IMG/VR virus record: IMGVR_UViG_3300017499_000044 | Location: 1 to 64,000 of that record | Length of the DNA: 64,000 bases | Direction: 5' to 3' (one strand) | DNA from: a virus | Taxonomy: Duplodnaviria; Caudoviricetes | Shown here: positions 51,787 through 60,160 of the stretch, one piece after another | How the letters are laid out: each line of letters opens with the position of its first letter | Position numbering within the stretch: position 1 is the stretch's first letter | Made by a program: the position numbers and the translations under genes | The notes under the pieces: model-generated | Seen by the model: only the letters and a program-made list of their open reading frames with translations | Told to the model about the DNA's origin: nothing | The model's database searches: none

Positions 51787-52977
51787 ATGGCTTATGATGT
51801 AACAAAACTCACAAAACTCGGACAGCTCAAGACCGCTATGGAAAAGGTCAAGACCGAGCTTGCCGAAGAGGCGGCGGATTTATCCGAGTTGCAGTCCGAT
51901 GTTTCGGCTATCGACACACGAGTTACAACAGCTGAAACCAAATTATCCGGCATTGCGGAGGGTGCAAACAAGACCGTTGTTGATACGGCTCTAAGTTCTT
52001 CATCAACAAATCCGGTGCAGAACAAAGTTGTAAACACCGCATTGGCGGCAAAAGTGCCGACTTCGCGCACGGTCAACGGAAAAGCATTATCCGCTAATAT
52101 TACGCTGTCGGCAGCTGACGTGTCGGCGATTCCCGCAACGCAGAAAGGCGCGGCTTCGGGCGTGGCGGAGCTGGATTCAAGCGGAAAAGTACCGTCAAGT
52201 CAACTCCCGTCATATGTTGATGATGTAATTGAGGGGTACTATTCAGGCGGCAAATTCTACGAGGAAAGCGCACATACCACCGAGATAACCGGGGAAACAG
52301 GGAAGATTTACACAGACCTTTCCACCAACAAGACATACAGATGGTCAGGTTCGGCGTTCGTTGAGATTTCGGCATCGCTGGCACTCGGCGAGACATCGTC
52401 CACCGCGTACCGGGGTGATTACGGCAAGATTGCATACACGCACTCTCAGTCGGCACACGCCCCTTCGGACGCGGAAAAGAATGTGATAATTACCGTTAAA
52501 AAGAATGGAACGGCGTTAGACGTGGATTCCTCAAGGGCGGTTGATATTACGTTTGATGACCATACGCACAGCAATAAGGATGTGCTTGACGCTATTACGG
52601 CAAGTTTTACCACAGAAGAAAAGACAAAATTGTCGGGAATTGCGACGGGAGCAAACAAGACTGTTGTTGATACAGCTCTATCGTCGACTTCAACCAATCC
52701 GGTGACAAGCAAAGCAATATACGCGGCGATTGACGCGGCAAAAGTTACAGTAGACACGGCGCTGTCTTCTACTTCAACTAACCCTGTACAGAACAAGGCA
52801 TTGTATACGGAAATTGCAGGTATCAATGGAGCTCTCGGCGTTATATCAAATCTTTCTACTACTAATCAGAATAGCCTTGTTGACGCGATAAACGAGGTCA
52901 AGGCAGACGTTGACGCAATAGAAATAGCGACAGACGAGGAAGTTACAGAAATGCTCACCGAGGTATTCGGCGCGTGA
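51787..52977 (+). CDS. Fibre-like structural protein (396 aa)
   Basis: RBS AGGAGGT; KLSGIA.GANKT, GVAELDSSGKVPSSQLPSYVDDV; three NPV repeats. Confidence 0.75.
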   Translation: MAYDVTKLTKLGQLKTAMEKVKTELAEEAADLSELQSDVSAIDTRVTTAETKLSGIAEGANKTVVDTALSSSSTNPVQNKVVNTALAAKVPTSRTVNGKALSANITLSAADVSAIPATQKGAASGVAELDSSGKVPSSQLPSYVDDVIEGYYSGGKFYEESAHTTEITGETGKIYTDLSTNKTYRWSGSAFVEISASLALGETSSTAYRGDYGKIAYTHSQSAHAPSDAEKNVIITVKKNGTALDVDSSRAVDITFDDHTHSNKDVLDAITASFTTEEKTKLSGIATGANKTVVDTALSSTSTNPVTSKAIYAAIDAAKVTVDTALSSTSTNPVQNKALYTEIAGINGALGVISNLSTTNQNSLVDAINEVKADVDAIEIATDEEVTEMLTEVFGA

Positions 52978-52985
52978 TGTATAGC

Positions 52986-53010
52986 GGCGGGGCAGACAAG
53001 CCCCGCCTTC
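52986..53010 (+). terminator. GC-rich hairpin (terminator/attenuator) after the 396-aa fibre gene
   Basis: GGCGGGGC-AGACAA-GCCCCGCC-TT; short U tract. Confidence 0.45.
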
Positions 53011-53032
53011 GTCATTAAGAGAGGTGACTAGA

Positions 53033-54154
53033 ATGGGAAAAGTGACACTTTTGGGGCAGATGAAAACCTTCGCAAGCACGTTGAAGGGGCTGTTGGATAA
53101 CAAGGTTGATAAAACGCAGTATGCGTCCACAACTCAGGCGGGGATAGTGAAATTGTACACATCAAGCGGCGGTTCGAACATAAGTGGGCTGAGCATTTCG
53201 GACACGAACGGCTCGATTCACGTTGCAACGAACAGTTCAAAAGGAACGCAAAGAACGGGTTCCGGCGAGGTGATTATCTCTGCCGCCACAACATCGGATA
53301 TAGACACGGGGACGAGTTCATACAAGCCGATTGTTCCATCAACGCTGAGCTATGCAGTGCAGTCCGTCGGCGGCAAACTTGAAGAGCTTAGTACAACAGC
53401 GCAGGATTCTTATGTTGCCGCGATAAATGAGGTGGCAGGAGATTCGCACACGCACAGCAATAAAGCGGTGCTTGATGAAATCACAGCGGAGAAGGTTGCA
53501 GAGTGGGACGCCGGGACGGGAACAGGCAATGTTACCGTGGATACGAAACTGACAGAAACTTCAACCAATCCGGTAACAAGCAAGGCTATTTGGGATTACA
53601 TCGGGGACATAGACCCTATAGCTCCAACCGGAACACTCGTGGATGGAATACGACTCATCTCGGACGACATCGGAGACTTGGAAACGTTGGACACTACAGT
53701 AAAAACCGACCTTGTTTCCGCTATAAATGAAGTCGCAGGTTCTTCCGGCGGCGGTGTTACCGTGGATGCGGAATTATCTACTACGTCCGAAAATCCCGTG
53801 CAGAATAAAGTTGTAACCGCCGCGATTAACGAGGCAATATCTTCGACTGCCGATTCGAATCTTGGTATTCCGGTGCTGATTGATATGAGCAATGCTTCTG
53901 TTAATGACGGTGTTACATTGAGAGGAGTTACATGGAATGTTTCACTTGAAACAGGCAAATATTACCGATTTTATACTTCTGCTGCTTTAAGCGCAGCAAG
54001 CAGCATAGATACGATAGTGGATGTGGATAACGTCATGATTTTAATAAACAACGATACATTTGATTTTTCCGCATTCAATACTTATTTATGCTTGGTTGCC
54101 GCGACACCGAGTACAAGCAGCAACGGAAATTATGAAATTACCATTATTTCATGA
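53033..54154 (+). CDS. Fibre-like protein sharing a ~100-aa module with the RBP
   Basis: YAST..AGIVKLY...YKPIVPSTLSYAVQS.GG.L.EL; two NPV repeats. Confidence 0.75.
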   Translation: MGKVTLLGQMKTFASTLKGLLDNKVDKTQYASTTQAGIVKLYTSSGGSNISGLSISDTNGSIHVATNSSKGTQRTGSGEVIISAATTSDIDTGTSSYKPIVPSTLSYAVQSVGGKLEELSTTAQDSYVAAINEVAGDSHTHSNKAVLDEITAEKVAEWDAGTGTGNVTVDTKLTETSTNPVTSKAIWDYIGDIDPIAPTGTLVDGIRLISDDIGDLETLDTTVKTDLVSAINEVAGSSGGGVTVDAELSTTSENPVQNKVVTAAINEAISSTADSNLGIPVLIDMSNASVNDGVTLRGVTWNVSLETGKYYRFYTSAALSAASSIDTIVDVDNVMILINNDTFDFSAFNTYLCLVAATPSTSSNGNYEITIIS

Positions 54155-54174
54155 AATTTTAGGGAGAAGGCAAC

Positions 54175-54441
54175 ATGGATGAGGTTAAAATAACAGAACG
54201 AATAGCAGTGACAGAACAGGATTTGCGGTCGGTGCATAGAAGAATTGACAATCTTGAAAAATTGACCGAGAGCGTTCATGTCATCGCAACCGAACTGAAA
54301 GCTATGCGCGAGGACGTGAGCGACATTATGACACGGGTAGATGAAATCGAACGCAAACCAACAAAACGGTATGAAACAATTATTACGTCAATTATTACTG
54401 CAGTTATTGGAATTATTATCGGATATTTTTCGAAAATGTGA
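54175..54441 (+). CDS. XhlA-like holin/haemolysin
   Basis: Coiled coil (HRRIDNLE) plus a single C-terminal TM helix. Confidence 0.65.
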   Translation: MDEVKITERIAVTEQDLRSVHRRIDNLEKLTESVHVIATELKAMREDVSDIMTRVDEIERKPTKRYETIITSIITAVIGIIIGYFSKM

Positions 54442-54452
54442 GGGCGTTAATA

Positions 54453-54770
54453 ATGAAGAAACGTGTGAAAAGATTTTTAAAAAAATATTTGAAAAAGTAT
54501 TTTGAATTTTCTAAATTATTGATTGCTCAAGAGAGCGTGCTTGTATGGATCAGCACATTTAAATTATTAGACCTTGCGACGGAGTCAGTCTCAAGCGGAT
54601 ATATGGGTACGCTCCCATACCTCGCCACCCTGTGCGGAGCGATCTGGGCAGCATATGGTGTTTCGCAGGGATTCTATTACAACAAGTCAAAGTCGGAAAA
54701 TGTGAATAAGCACAGTCGCATTCCACAGATACCCGAGGAAAGATTCGACGAGGACTGCGATGCAGAATAA
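54453..54770 (+). CDS. Two-TM membrane protein (lysis accessory)
   Basis: EFSKLL...two hydrophobic segments...FYYNKSKSEN. Confidence 0.6.
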   Translation: MKKRVKRFLKKYLKKYFEFSKLLIAQESVLVWISTFKLLDLATESVSSGYMGTLPYLATLCGAIWAAYGVSQGFYYNKSKSENVNKHSRIPQIPEERFDEDCDAE

Positions 54771-54793
54771 ATAGAATTTATGTAAAAATCTTA

Positions 54794-54822
54794 TTGACTT
54801 TTTGTTGAGTTTGTAGTATAAT
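54794..54822 (+). promoter_or_regulatory. Sigma-A promoter (moron 1)
   Basis: TTGACT-17 bp-TATAAT. Confidence 0.75.
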
Positions 54823-54910
54823 AAAATAAATTAGAAATTATTAGCGCACCGTTGTATTGCGATGATACATCGGTGTATCATAGATCCAGATATGAAGGAG
54901 TGTTGTTACT

Positions 54911-55033
54911 ATGCTTGATGCAATCGGGAGTTTCTTTAACGTAATATTTGTGATTGTAAAGGCAACAGTGTTATTCTTTTTGCCGGGCTTTATCATTTGT
55001 ATCTTGGAAGAAATTTTTAATAATAGGAAGTGA
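54911..55033 (+). CDS. 40-aa hydrophobic peptide (not in the ORF track)
   Basis: RBS AAGGAG; MLDAIGSFFNVIFVIVKATVLFFLPGFIICILEEIFNNRK. Confidence 0.65.
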   Translation: MLDAIGSFFNVIFVIVKATVLFFLPGFIICILEEIFNNRK

Positions 55034-55039
55034 TTGTAA

Positions 55040-55423
55040 ATGTACGTAATGTATGAAAAGCTTGTGTGTGCAATATTTTCACAGGCTGTAAAGGACTATG
55101 CTGATTTGCGGAATCGGGGACTATCCAAAAGCAAAAACAAGGTCTCACTCGGGGATGGCTATTCAATCAGGGAGATTGAGCGTTTCCTTGTGAGTCCGTG
55201 GGGTGCCTCTCTTTTGCAGGGTATCAACAGTCGTGTTCTTTTTGCCCGGCTTGATAATTTATTTTATTATCGACGTATTGCTCGGCGGAAAGTAATATCT
55301 CAATTAAGATTTACAACGCACGGGATGGGTTCGCCCATCCCCATTATAACTAAATATAACTTTAGCACTGTAGTAATTATCACAGTGCTTTTTGTTTGCT
55401 CAAAATTTAATGATGCAGAGTGA
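55040..55423 (+). CDS. Small phage protein (YEKL..AI..QAVKDY type); 3' part probably a spurious extension
   Basis: Recognisable phage-type motif in the first ~70 aa; the 3' end runs through two hairpins including a terminator at about 55364-55395. Confidence 0.45.
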   Translation: MYVMYEKLVCAIFSQAVKDYADLRNRGLSKSKNKVSLGDGYSIREIERFLVSPWGASLLQGINSRVLFARLDNLFYYRRIARRKVISQLRFTTHGMGSPIPIITKYNFSTVVIITVLFVCSKFNDAE

Positions 55424-55458
55424 TAGTATAATTAGTATAATTAGGAGGAGCGACAGTA

Positions 55459-55701
55459 ATGATTTGTGTAAGCAATGAAGCTATCATAAGAGCCGGGAAA
55501 CAAATGAGGTCAGAGAGGCGTAATTCAAAAAGAGTTTTCGAGCGGGATTTTGCAAATTCAAGGTTAAGCAAATTTACTTTGTCTAATTCAACTCTCGAGA
55601 TACCCGAAAACGGTATACATAATAAGACCGGTCTTTCAGCAGCAAGAGCGGTCGGTGTCAGGGGTGCTGCGGCGGTATATGCCAGACAGAACGATGCTTA
55701 A
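55459..55701 (+). CDS. Hypothetical basic protein
   Basis: RBS AGGAGG; 80 aa. Confidence 0.5.
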   Translation: MICVSNEAIIRAGKQMRSERRNSKRVFERDFANSRLSKFTLSNSTLEIPENGIHNKTGLSAARAVGVRGAAAVYARQNDA

Positions 55702-55772
55702 TTAATTAGATACAATCTTAGTGCCACAGCAATCGTTGCGGTGCTTTCGTTTAATAAGGAAGGGTGATATAA

Positions 55773-56804
55773 ATGAGTGTTATTAGCGATTTGTTAAACA
55801 ACGCAAAATCATGGACGGGCTATTTAGAAAAACGTTCTAATAGCCATCTTGATGATTTTACAGCCAATGCAGGAAGTGCGAATTATACGAGATTTGCAAG
55901 AGACTATTGCAGCTATTTCGGGGAGAGCATAAATGTTTATCAGGGACAACCGTGGTGTGCGATGTTTGTGTCGTGCTGTTTTGCATATGTGTTTGGTGCA
56001 GACAAAGCGGAAAAAATGCTTTACGGGCATTATGCGTATTGCCCTTATGGGGTGAATCATTTCAAAAGCAATAATGCGTGGCATACTTCACCTGAACCCG
56101 GAGATGTAATCTTCTTTGCAAAAAATGGAGTGTCTACTCATACGGGCATAGTAATAAAGGTTGCGAACGGCAGAGTGTATACTATCGAAGGAAACACCTC
56201 GTCTGCTTCAGGTGTTGTCGCAAACGGTGGGTGCGTGGCGCAGAAATCGTATAGCACAAGCTATAGTAAAATCTTAGGCTATGGCAGACCGAAGTGGAGT
56301 GCCGCAGAGACAATTGAAGTACAGCAAAAATCCACAAATGTATATGATACATATCTTGAAGCCTTTATACAAAAAGGCATTATATCCGATAAAGCTATTT
56401 GGGGAGATTATAATGCGTTGACAACAAAGGCTCAAGCGGTCGCACTGATTGATAAAGCGACAGGCGGAATGTGGACAAGCAGCGAAGATGATACCTCAAT
56501 ACATTGGGCGCAACCTCATGTAATAAGCCTTTGCGGCAAGGGAGTAATCACAGACAAAGAGCAGTGGATACCCACGCTTGACAGCTCAATTTCAAAAGCC
56601 TTTGTTCTCGCTTTAATCGATAAAATCACAAACGGAATGGCAGCGCAGTATCAAGGCAGAGCGACTGACCACTGGGGGCGCAATCATTTAGATAGTTTAT
56701 GTGATAAGGGCATTGTTACGACACCTGACGCATGGACGGATTTTGAGGGCGAGGTTCCGAGAGGGAATGTTTTGGCGATTTTGTATAAGGCATTGGGGTA
56801 TTAA
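55773..56804 (+). CDS. Endolysin: CHAP domain plus C-terminal cell-wall-binding repeats
   Basis: PWCAMFVS, THTGIV, TIEGNT, ILGYGRP; repeats HW...H..SLC.KG..T. Confidence 0.9.
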   Translation: MSVISDLLNNAKSWTGYLEKRSNSHLDDFTANAGSANYTRFARDYCSYFGESINVYQGQPWCAMFVSCCFAYVFGADKAEKMLYGHYAYCPYGVNHFKSNNAWHTSPEPGDVIFFAKNGVSTHTGIVIKVANGRVYTIEGNTSSASGVVANGGCVAQKSYSTSYSKILGYGRPKWSAAETIEVQQKSTNVYDTYLEAFIQKGIISDKAIWGDYNALTTKAQAVALIDKATGGMWTSSEDDTSIHWAQPHVISLCGKGVITDKEQWIPTLDSSISKAFVLALIDKITNGMAAQYQGRATDHWGRNHLDSLCDKGIVTTPDAWTDFEGEVPRGNVLAILYKALGY

Positions 56805-56935
56805 AAAAACAATGCTTTTGTAATAATAATATTATTACGATGTATTGACAACAGTTGTATTTTGATATATCTTGCGGGTAAGGATTTGATATTATAACCA
56901 TTACGAAATTTAAAGAAATATTAACAAAAATCCAC

Positions 56936-56964
56936 TTGATAAAGTCATAATTCCGTAGTATAAT
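56936..56964 (+). promoter_or_regulatory. Sigma-A promoter (TA moron)
   Basis: TTGATA-17 bp-TATAAT. Confidence 0.7.
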
Positions 56965-57060
56965 GAATACATAGTATAACAGAATTGTGGTTATTTAATC
57001 ACCACAGTCGTGTATCACGGAGAAAGCAACACCGTATAAGAACGAAAGGAGATGTGTCTG

Positions 57061-57615
57061 ATGGGAACCGCTAAATTTACAGCATTGGATATTGCGAATT
57101 TTTATATTTGTGCGGCAAACAGTACACCGGGCGATTCGATTGATAACCTAAAGTTGAATAAGCTTCTATATTTTGCTCAAGGAAGATTTCTTTCGGAGTT
57201 AGGCAGACCCTTGTTTAGCGATGAGATTCAAGCGTGGGATTATGGTCCCGTTGTGCCGTCTGTTTACCACACATTTAAAATTTGCGGACAGCACAGCATT
57301 GAGTCTCCGCAAGCCGATGTCAACGAAACAAGAATGACATCCGAGGAAATTGATTTGTTGCTCGACATATATGACAATTACGGAAAATACACCGGTGTTG
57401 CGCTCAAGAATATGACTCACAAAAAAGGTACACCATGGCAGTCGGTATATGTAAAGGGAGCAAATAACGTTATTGAACCTTCGGCAATGAAGGAATGGTT
57501 TGACAAAGACAGTGACTTTCATAGGTTCAAGCTTGATTTCAGCAAGGCAGACATTATAACAAAATGTCCGATTGCGTGGGATTCTAATGAGGATGCTGCT
57601 TATGACGTACAATAG
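57061..57615 (+). CDS. Panacea (DUF4065/SocA/GepA-like) antitoxin
   Basis: IANF...NLKLNKLLYFAQG...LF.DEIQAWDYGPVVPSVY...L..MTH..TPW. Confidence 0.9.
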   Translation: MGTAKFTALDIANFYICAANSTPGDSIDNLKLNKLLYFAQGRFLSELGRPLFSDEIQAWDYGPVVPSVYHTFKICGQHSIESPQADVNETRMTSEEIDLLLDIYDNYGKYTGVALKNMTHKKGTPWQSVYVKGANNVIEPSAMKEWFDKDSDFHRFKLDFSKADIITKCPIAWDSNEDAAYDVQ

Positions 57616-57937
57616 ATGGGAAATATGGGAGGCAAAAGTTCCTTTTGAGGATAGAGATGAATATAAGAAAAGACCTGTGTTAGTACTCTCTGAGGAGGAT
57701 ATGATTGTCCTCTCTCTTAAAATGACATCGCACTCTCCACGCTATCATAAACTTGACGGTGAGTATGAAATCATGAGATGGCAAGAAGCAGGGCTTAAGA
57801 AGCCGACTGTTATACAATGCAGCAAACTTTTGAGGTTAAACAAATCCTTGATGATGGGGCGAAAATATGGAAAGTTGCTTTCCACAGATGTTATAGCCCT
57901 TCGTTCTTTATTGCGATATATGGGGATTGCTGTTTAG
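57602..57937 (+). CDS. PemK/MazF-like toxin
   Basis: EIWEAKVPFED..EYKKRPVLVL...MTS...WQEAGLKKPT; overlaps the antitoxin stop. Confidence 0.85.
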   Translation: MTYNRWEIWEAKVPFEDRDEYKKRPVLVLSEEDMIVLSLKMTSHSPRYHKLDGEYEIMRWQEAGLKKPTVIQCSKLLRLNKSLMMGRKYGKLLSTDVIALRSLLRYMGIAV

Positions 57938-58030
57938 ATTGTTGCGTAAATGTATTTCCAAAAACTCGGAAACTACAAGGTCGGTTTGTTACGCAAGTAT
58001 CTTTAATTTATGAAACACAAAATATTACAT

Positions 58031-58058
58031 GGACGGTTTGAAACACAGCCGTCCTTTT
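58031..58058 (+). terminator. Hairpin plus T tract after the TA pair
   Basis: GGACGGTT-TGAAACAC-AGCCGTCC-TTTT. Confidence 0.6.
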
Positions 58059-58085
58059 GTTATGTCTAAATGAAGGGAGTTTATT

Positions 58086-58394
58086 ATGAATTGGATGAAT
58101 TTTACTATAGCTGTATTATCGGGATTGGCAGCGGCTATCCCGTTGGTTGTAAAATTAGTTGAATACGTGCAAAAAGCCGTAAAGGAAAAGAATTGGAATA
58201 AGCTGATTGAGCTAGTGCTGAGGCTAATGGAGGAAGCCGAGGAAAAATTTGATGATGGTGCGACACGCAAGGAATGGGTGCTTGCAATGGTGCAAGCTTC
58301 TGCTGATTCTATCAATTACGATATTGATATTGAGTCGCTGGATACCTTAATAGATAATCTTTGCGATATGTCAAAAGTAGTAAACGCTAAATAG
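58086..58394 (+). CDS. Holin (LL-H-like)
   Basis: N-terminal TM then AEEKF..GATRKEWV. Confidence 0.7.
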   Translation: MNWMNFTIAVLSGLAAAIPLVVKLVEYVQKAVKEKNWNKLIELVLRLMEEAEEKFDDGATRKEWVLAMVQASADSINYDIDIESLDTLIDNLCDMSKVVNAK

Positions 58395-58409
58395 GTTGGA
58401 GGTGATATA

Positions 58410-58712
58410 ATGATTGATGTCATTTGTGCTGTAATAGCAGCAATGTCTGCTATTATTGTATCTGCGATTGGAGCAAATATGAAAAAATCCGAAAGAAGAG
58501 CTGACGAGCAAGCAGAACTCCGAAGAAAAGAAAGCCTGCTTTCTTTAAGAATGATGGATGCGACGTTGCAGCTGTCTGTCGTAACATCAAATGCCTTGAC
58601 CGGCGGTCATAATAACGGTAATGTTGAAAAAGCAAGAGAGGCTGCGAGCAAGGCTGCTTCTGATTATGAAGAGTTTATGAGGCAGACTACTGTGCGTGAG
58701 ATAAGTAAATAA
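58410..58712 (+). CDS. Membrane-anchored lysis-cassette protein
   Basis: N-terminal TM; AL.GGHNNGNVEKA. Confidence 0.6.
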   Translation: MIDVICAVIAAMSAIIVSAIGANMKKSERRADEQAELRRKESLLSLRMMDATLQLSVVTSNALTGGHNNGNVEKAREAASKAASDYEEFMRQTTVREISK

Positions 58713-58824
58713 ATAATCAAGTTATTTGATGTATTATATATTATATATTCTGAATAGTATTAATAAATCAAATCGATATAATTTATGCAAAATAACGAAC
58801 TTTTTAAAACATTTCATAATATGA

Positions 58825-58853
58825 TTGCATATATCTAAAAAAAATGATATAAT
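58825..58853 (+). promoter_or_regulatory. Sigma-A promoter (two-gene moron)
   Basis: TTGCAT-17 bp-TATAAT with extended TG. Confidence 0.7.
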
Positions 58854-58918
58854 AATAAAGTCGTTAATCTTCTTAACGATATAGCATAACTCACCACGTG
58901 ATAGAGGAGGAATTTTTA

Positions 58919-59149
58919 ATGTATGAGCTAAAGGAGCGCACGAAAAAAATGATAGGGAAAATATCTGGTATATCCTATGACGAGCTTATTAATATGGATT
59001 ACGATGCGTACAAAACTACAATTGACAAAGATTGTAAATTTACATTAGAAAACGACGAAAGAATTATTGGCAGAGGGAATCCGTTGCTATCAAGAGGCGA
59101 ATTTCTTACGATGGATGAGGTAGATGAATATTTGGAGGCTCTGAGATGA
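58919..59149 (+). CDS. Small acidic protein (76 aa), partner of the downstream gene
   Basis: RBS GAGGAGG; ATGA overlap; GRGNPLLSRG motif. Confidence 0.75.
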   Translation: MYELKERTKKMIGKISGISYDELINMDYDAYKTTIDKDCKFTLENDERIIGRGNPLLSRGEFLTMDEVDEYLEALR

Positions 59150-59877
59150 CAACAGATTCTCCACATTACATAGATAAAAGGGTACAGGAGCAGTTGTGCG
59201 AAATCTATTTGCAGTATCACAATTCTATAAAGGGGTTTGTTGCGAATTTAGAAACTTTACAAAACCGCTTTCCTGTCGAAATTTTAAATGAAATTCGAGC
59301 GGTCTTTTCCCATATTGCTAAAATATATGCTTTTAATGATGAGGCGATTATATTTGAGAATTTAGAAAAAGCCAGAGGACATGTCAAACGAGCGCAACTC
59401 GATGCGTATAAGTATTTGTGCTACGCATTTTCCAAAGAGTACAACGACTTCAGAGATATGTATAAAGATGTTGATTTGTATAGTGTTAATAATGGAGAAT
59501 TTATAAATCAATTAAGAATATTTCTCGCCGATTCGAAACAAAAACTCTCAAACGCAAGAAGGCTTGAAAACGAAGAGTCTGATGCTTCCGTTTCCTACAA
59601 CGCTTACGAAGAAGCCTATTTATCATATGGGGCTTTGTATAATCTCATAAACGAAAACATGGAACACATTGATGTATTGCAACAAAGAGAACAAATTAAA
59701 CAAGAAAAGCAAAATAAGGTCAATCAAAAACTTCTTGATGAGTTCGCCGCTCTTAAAGCAGAAAATGAAAAACAAAAACAAGCAAATGAACGTGAAAAGA
59801 AAAAGAATTTTATCCTAACATGCGTTAGCATTGGCTTGGGTATCCTGTCTATAATATTAGGTATCGTAGCCCTTTGA
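59146..59877 (+). CDS. HEPN-like helical protein with coiled coil and C-terminal TM helix
   Basis: NEIRAVFSH (Rx4H), GHVKRAQLDAYK, terminal FILTCVSIGLGILSIILGIVAL. Confidence 0.55.
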   Translation: MTTDSPHYIDKRVQEQLCEIYLQYHNSIKGFVANLETLQNRFPVEILNEIRAVFSHIAKIYAFNDEAIIFENLEKARGHVKRAQLDAYKYLCYAFSKEYNDFRDMYKDVDLYSVNNGEFINQLRIFLADSKQKLSNARRLENEESDASVSYNAYEEAYLSYGALYNLINENMEHIDVLQQREQIKQEKQNKVNQKLLDEFAALKAENEKQKQANEREKKKNFILTCVSIGLGILSIILGIVAL

Positions 59878-59961
59878 GTCGGTGTAATATCTATTATAAA
59901 GATTTTAATAAACAGGCTACTACGCATTGGATAAATTCGTAAACTATTATTGATTGAATTT

Positions 59962-60021
59962 ATAAGCCCTCTTCCGAGGGCTTATTCATAGAAAAAGACC
60001 GCCACAATTAAGTGACGGTCT
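59962..60021. terminator. Back-to-back terminators at the convergence point
   Basis: ATAAGCCCTC-TTCC-GAGGGCTTAT, and on the minus strand AGACCGTCAC-TTAATT-GTGGCGGTCT-TTTTC. Confidence 0.75.
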
Positions 60022-60025
60022 GTGA

Positions 60026-60098
60026 CTCCTCGAGTCCGGCTCGAACGGACGACATCGTGATTAACAGTCACGCGCTCTGCCAACTGAGCTATCGAGGA
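60026..60098 (-). tRNA. trnN: tRNA-Asn (GTT), CCA not encoded
   Basis: TCCTCGA acceptor stem, GCTC/GAGC D stem, CGTGA-CTGTTAA-TCACG anticodon arm, GTCCG-TTCGAGC-CGGAC T arm, discriminator G. Confidence 0.95.
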
Positions 60099-60160
60099 AT
60101 ATAAAAAAGGTGTTAATCGTTTTGTTCTTCTTCTCTAACTTAATCAGCAAACTTGCTGAT

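Noticed and set aside
46375-54154. Diversity-generating retroelement or shufflon acting on fibre genes
   Set aside because: No reverse transcriptase, no adenine-specific TR/VR pair and no inverted cassettes; the repeats are diverged at synonymous sites
59940-60100. tRNA as prophage attachment site, or tRNA-associated HDV-like ribozyme
   Set aside because: No duplicated tRNA 3' end in the window, phage genes lie on both sides, and the downstream sequence is a simple terminator
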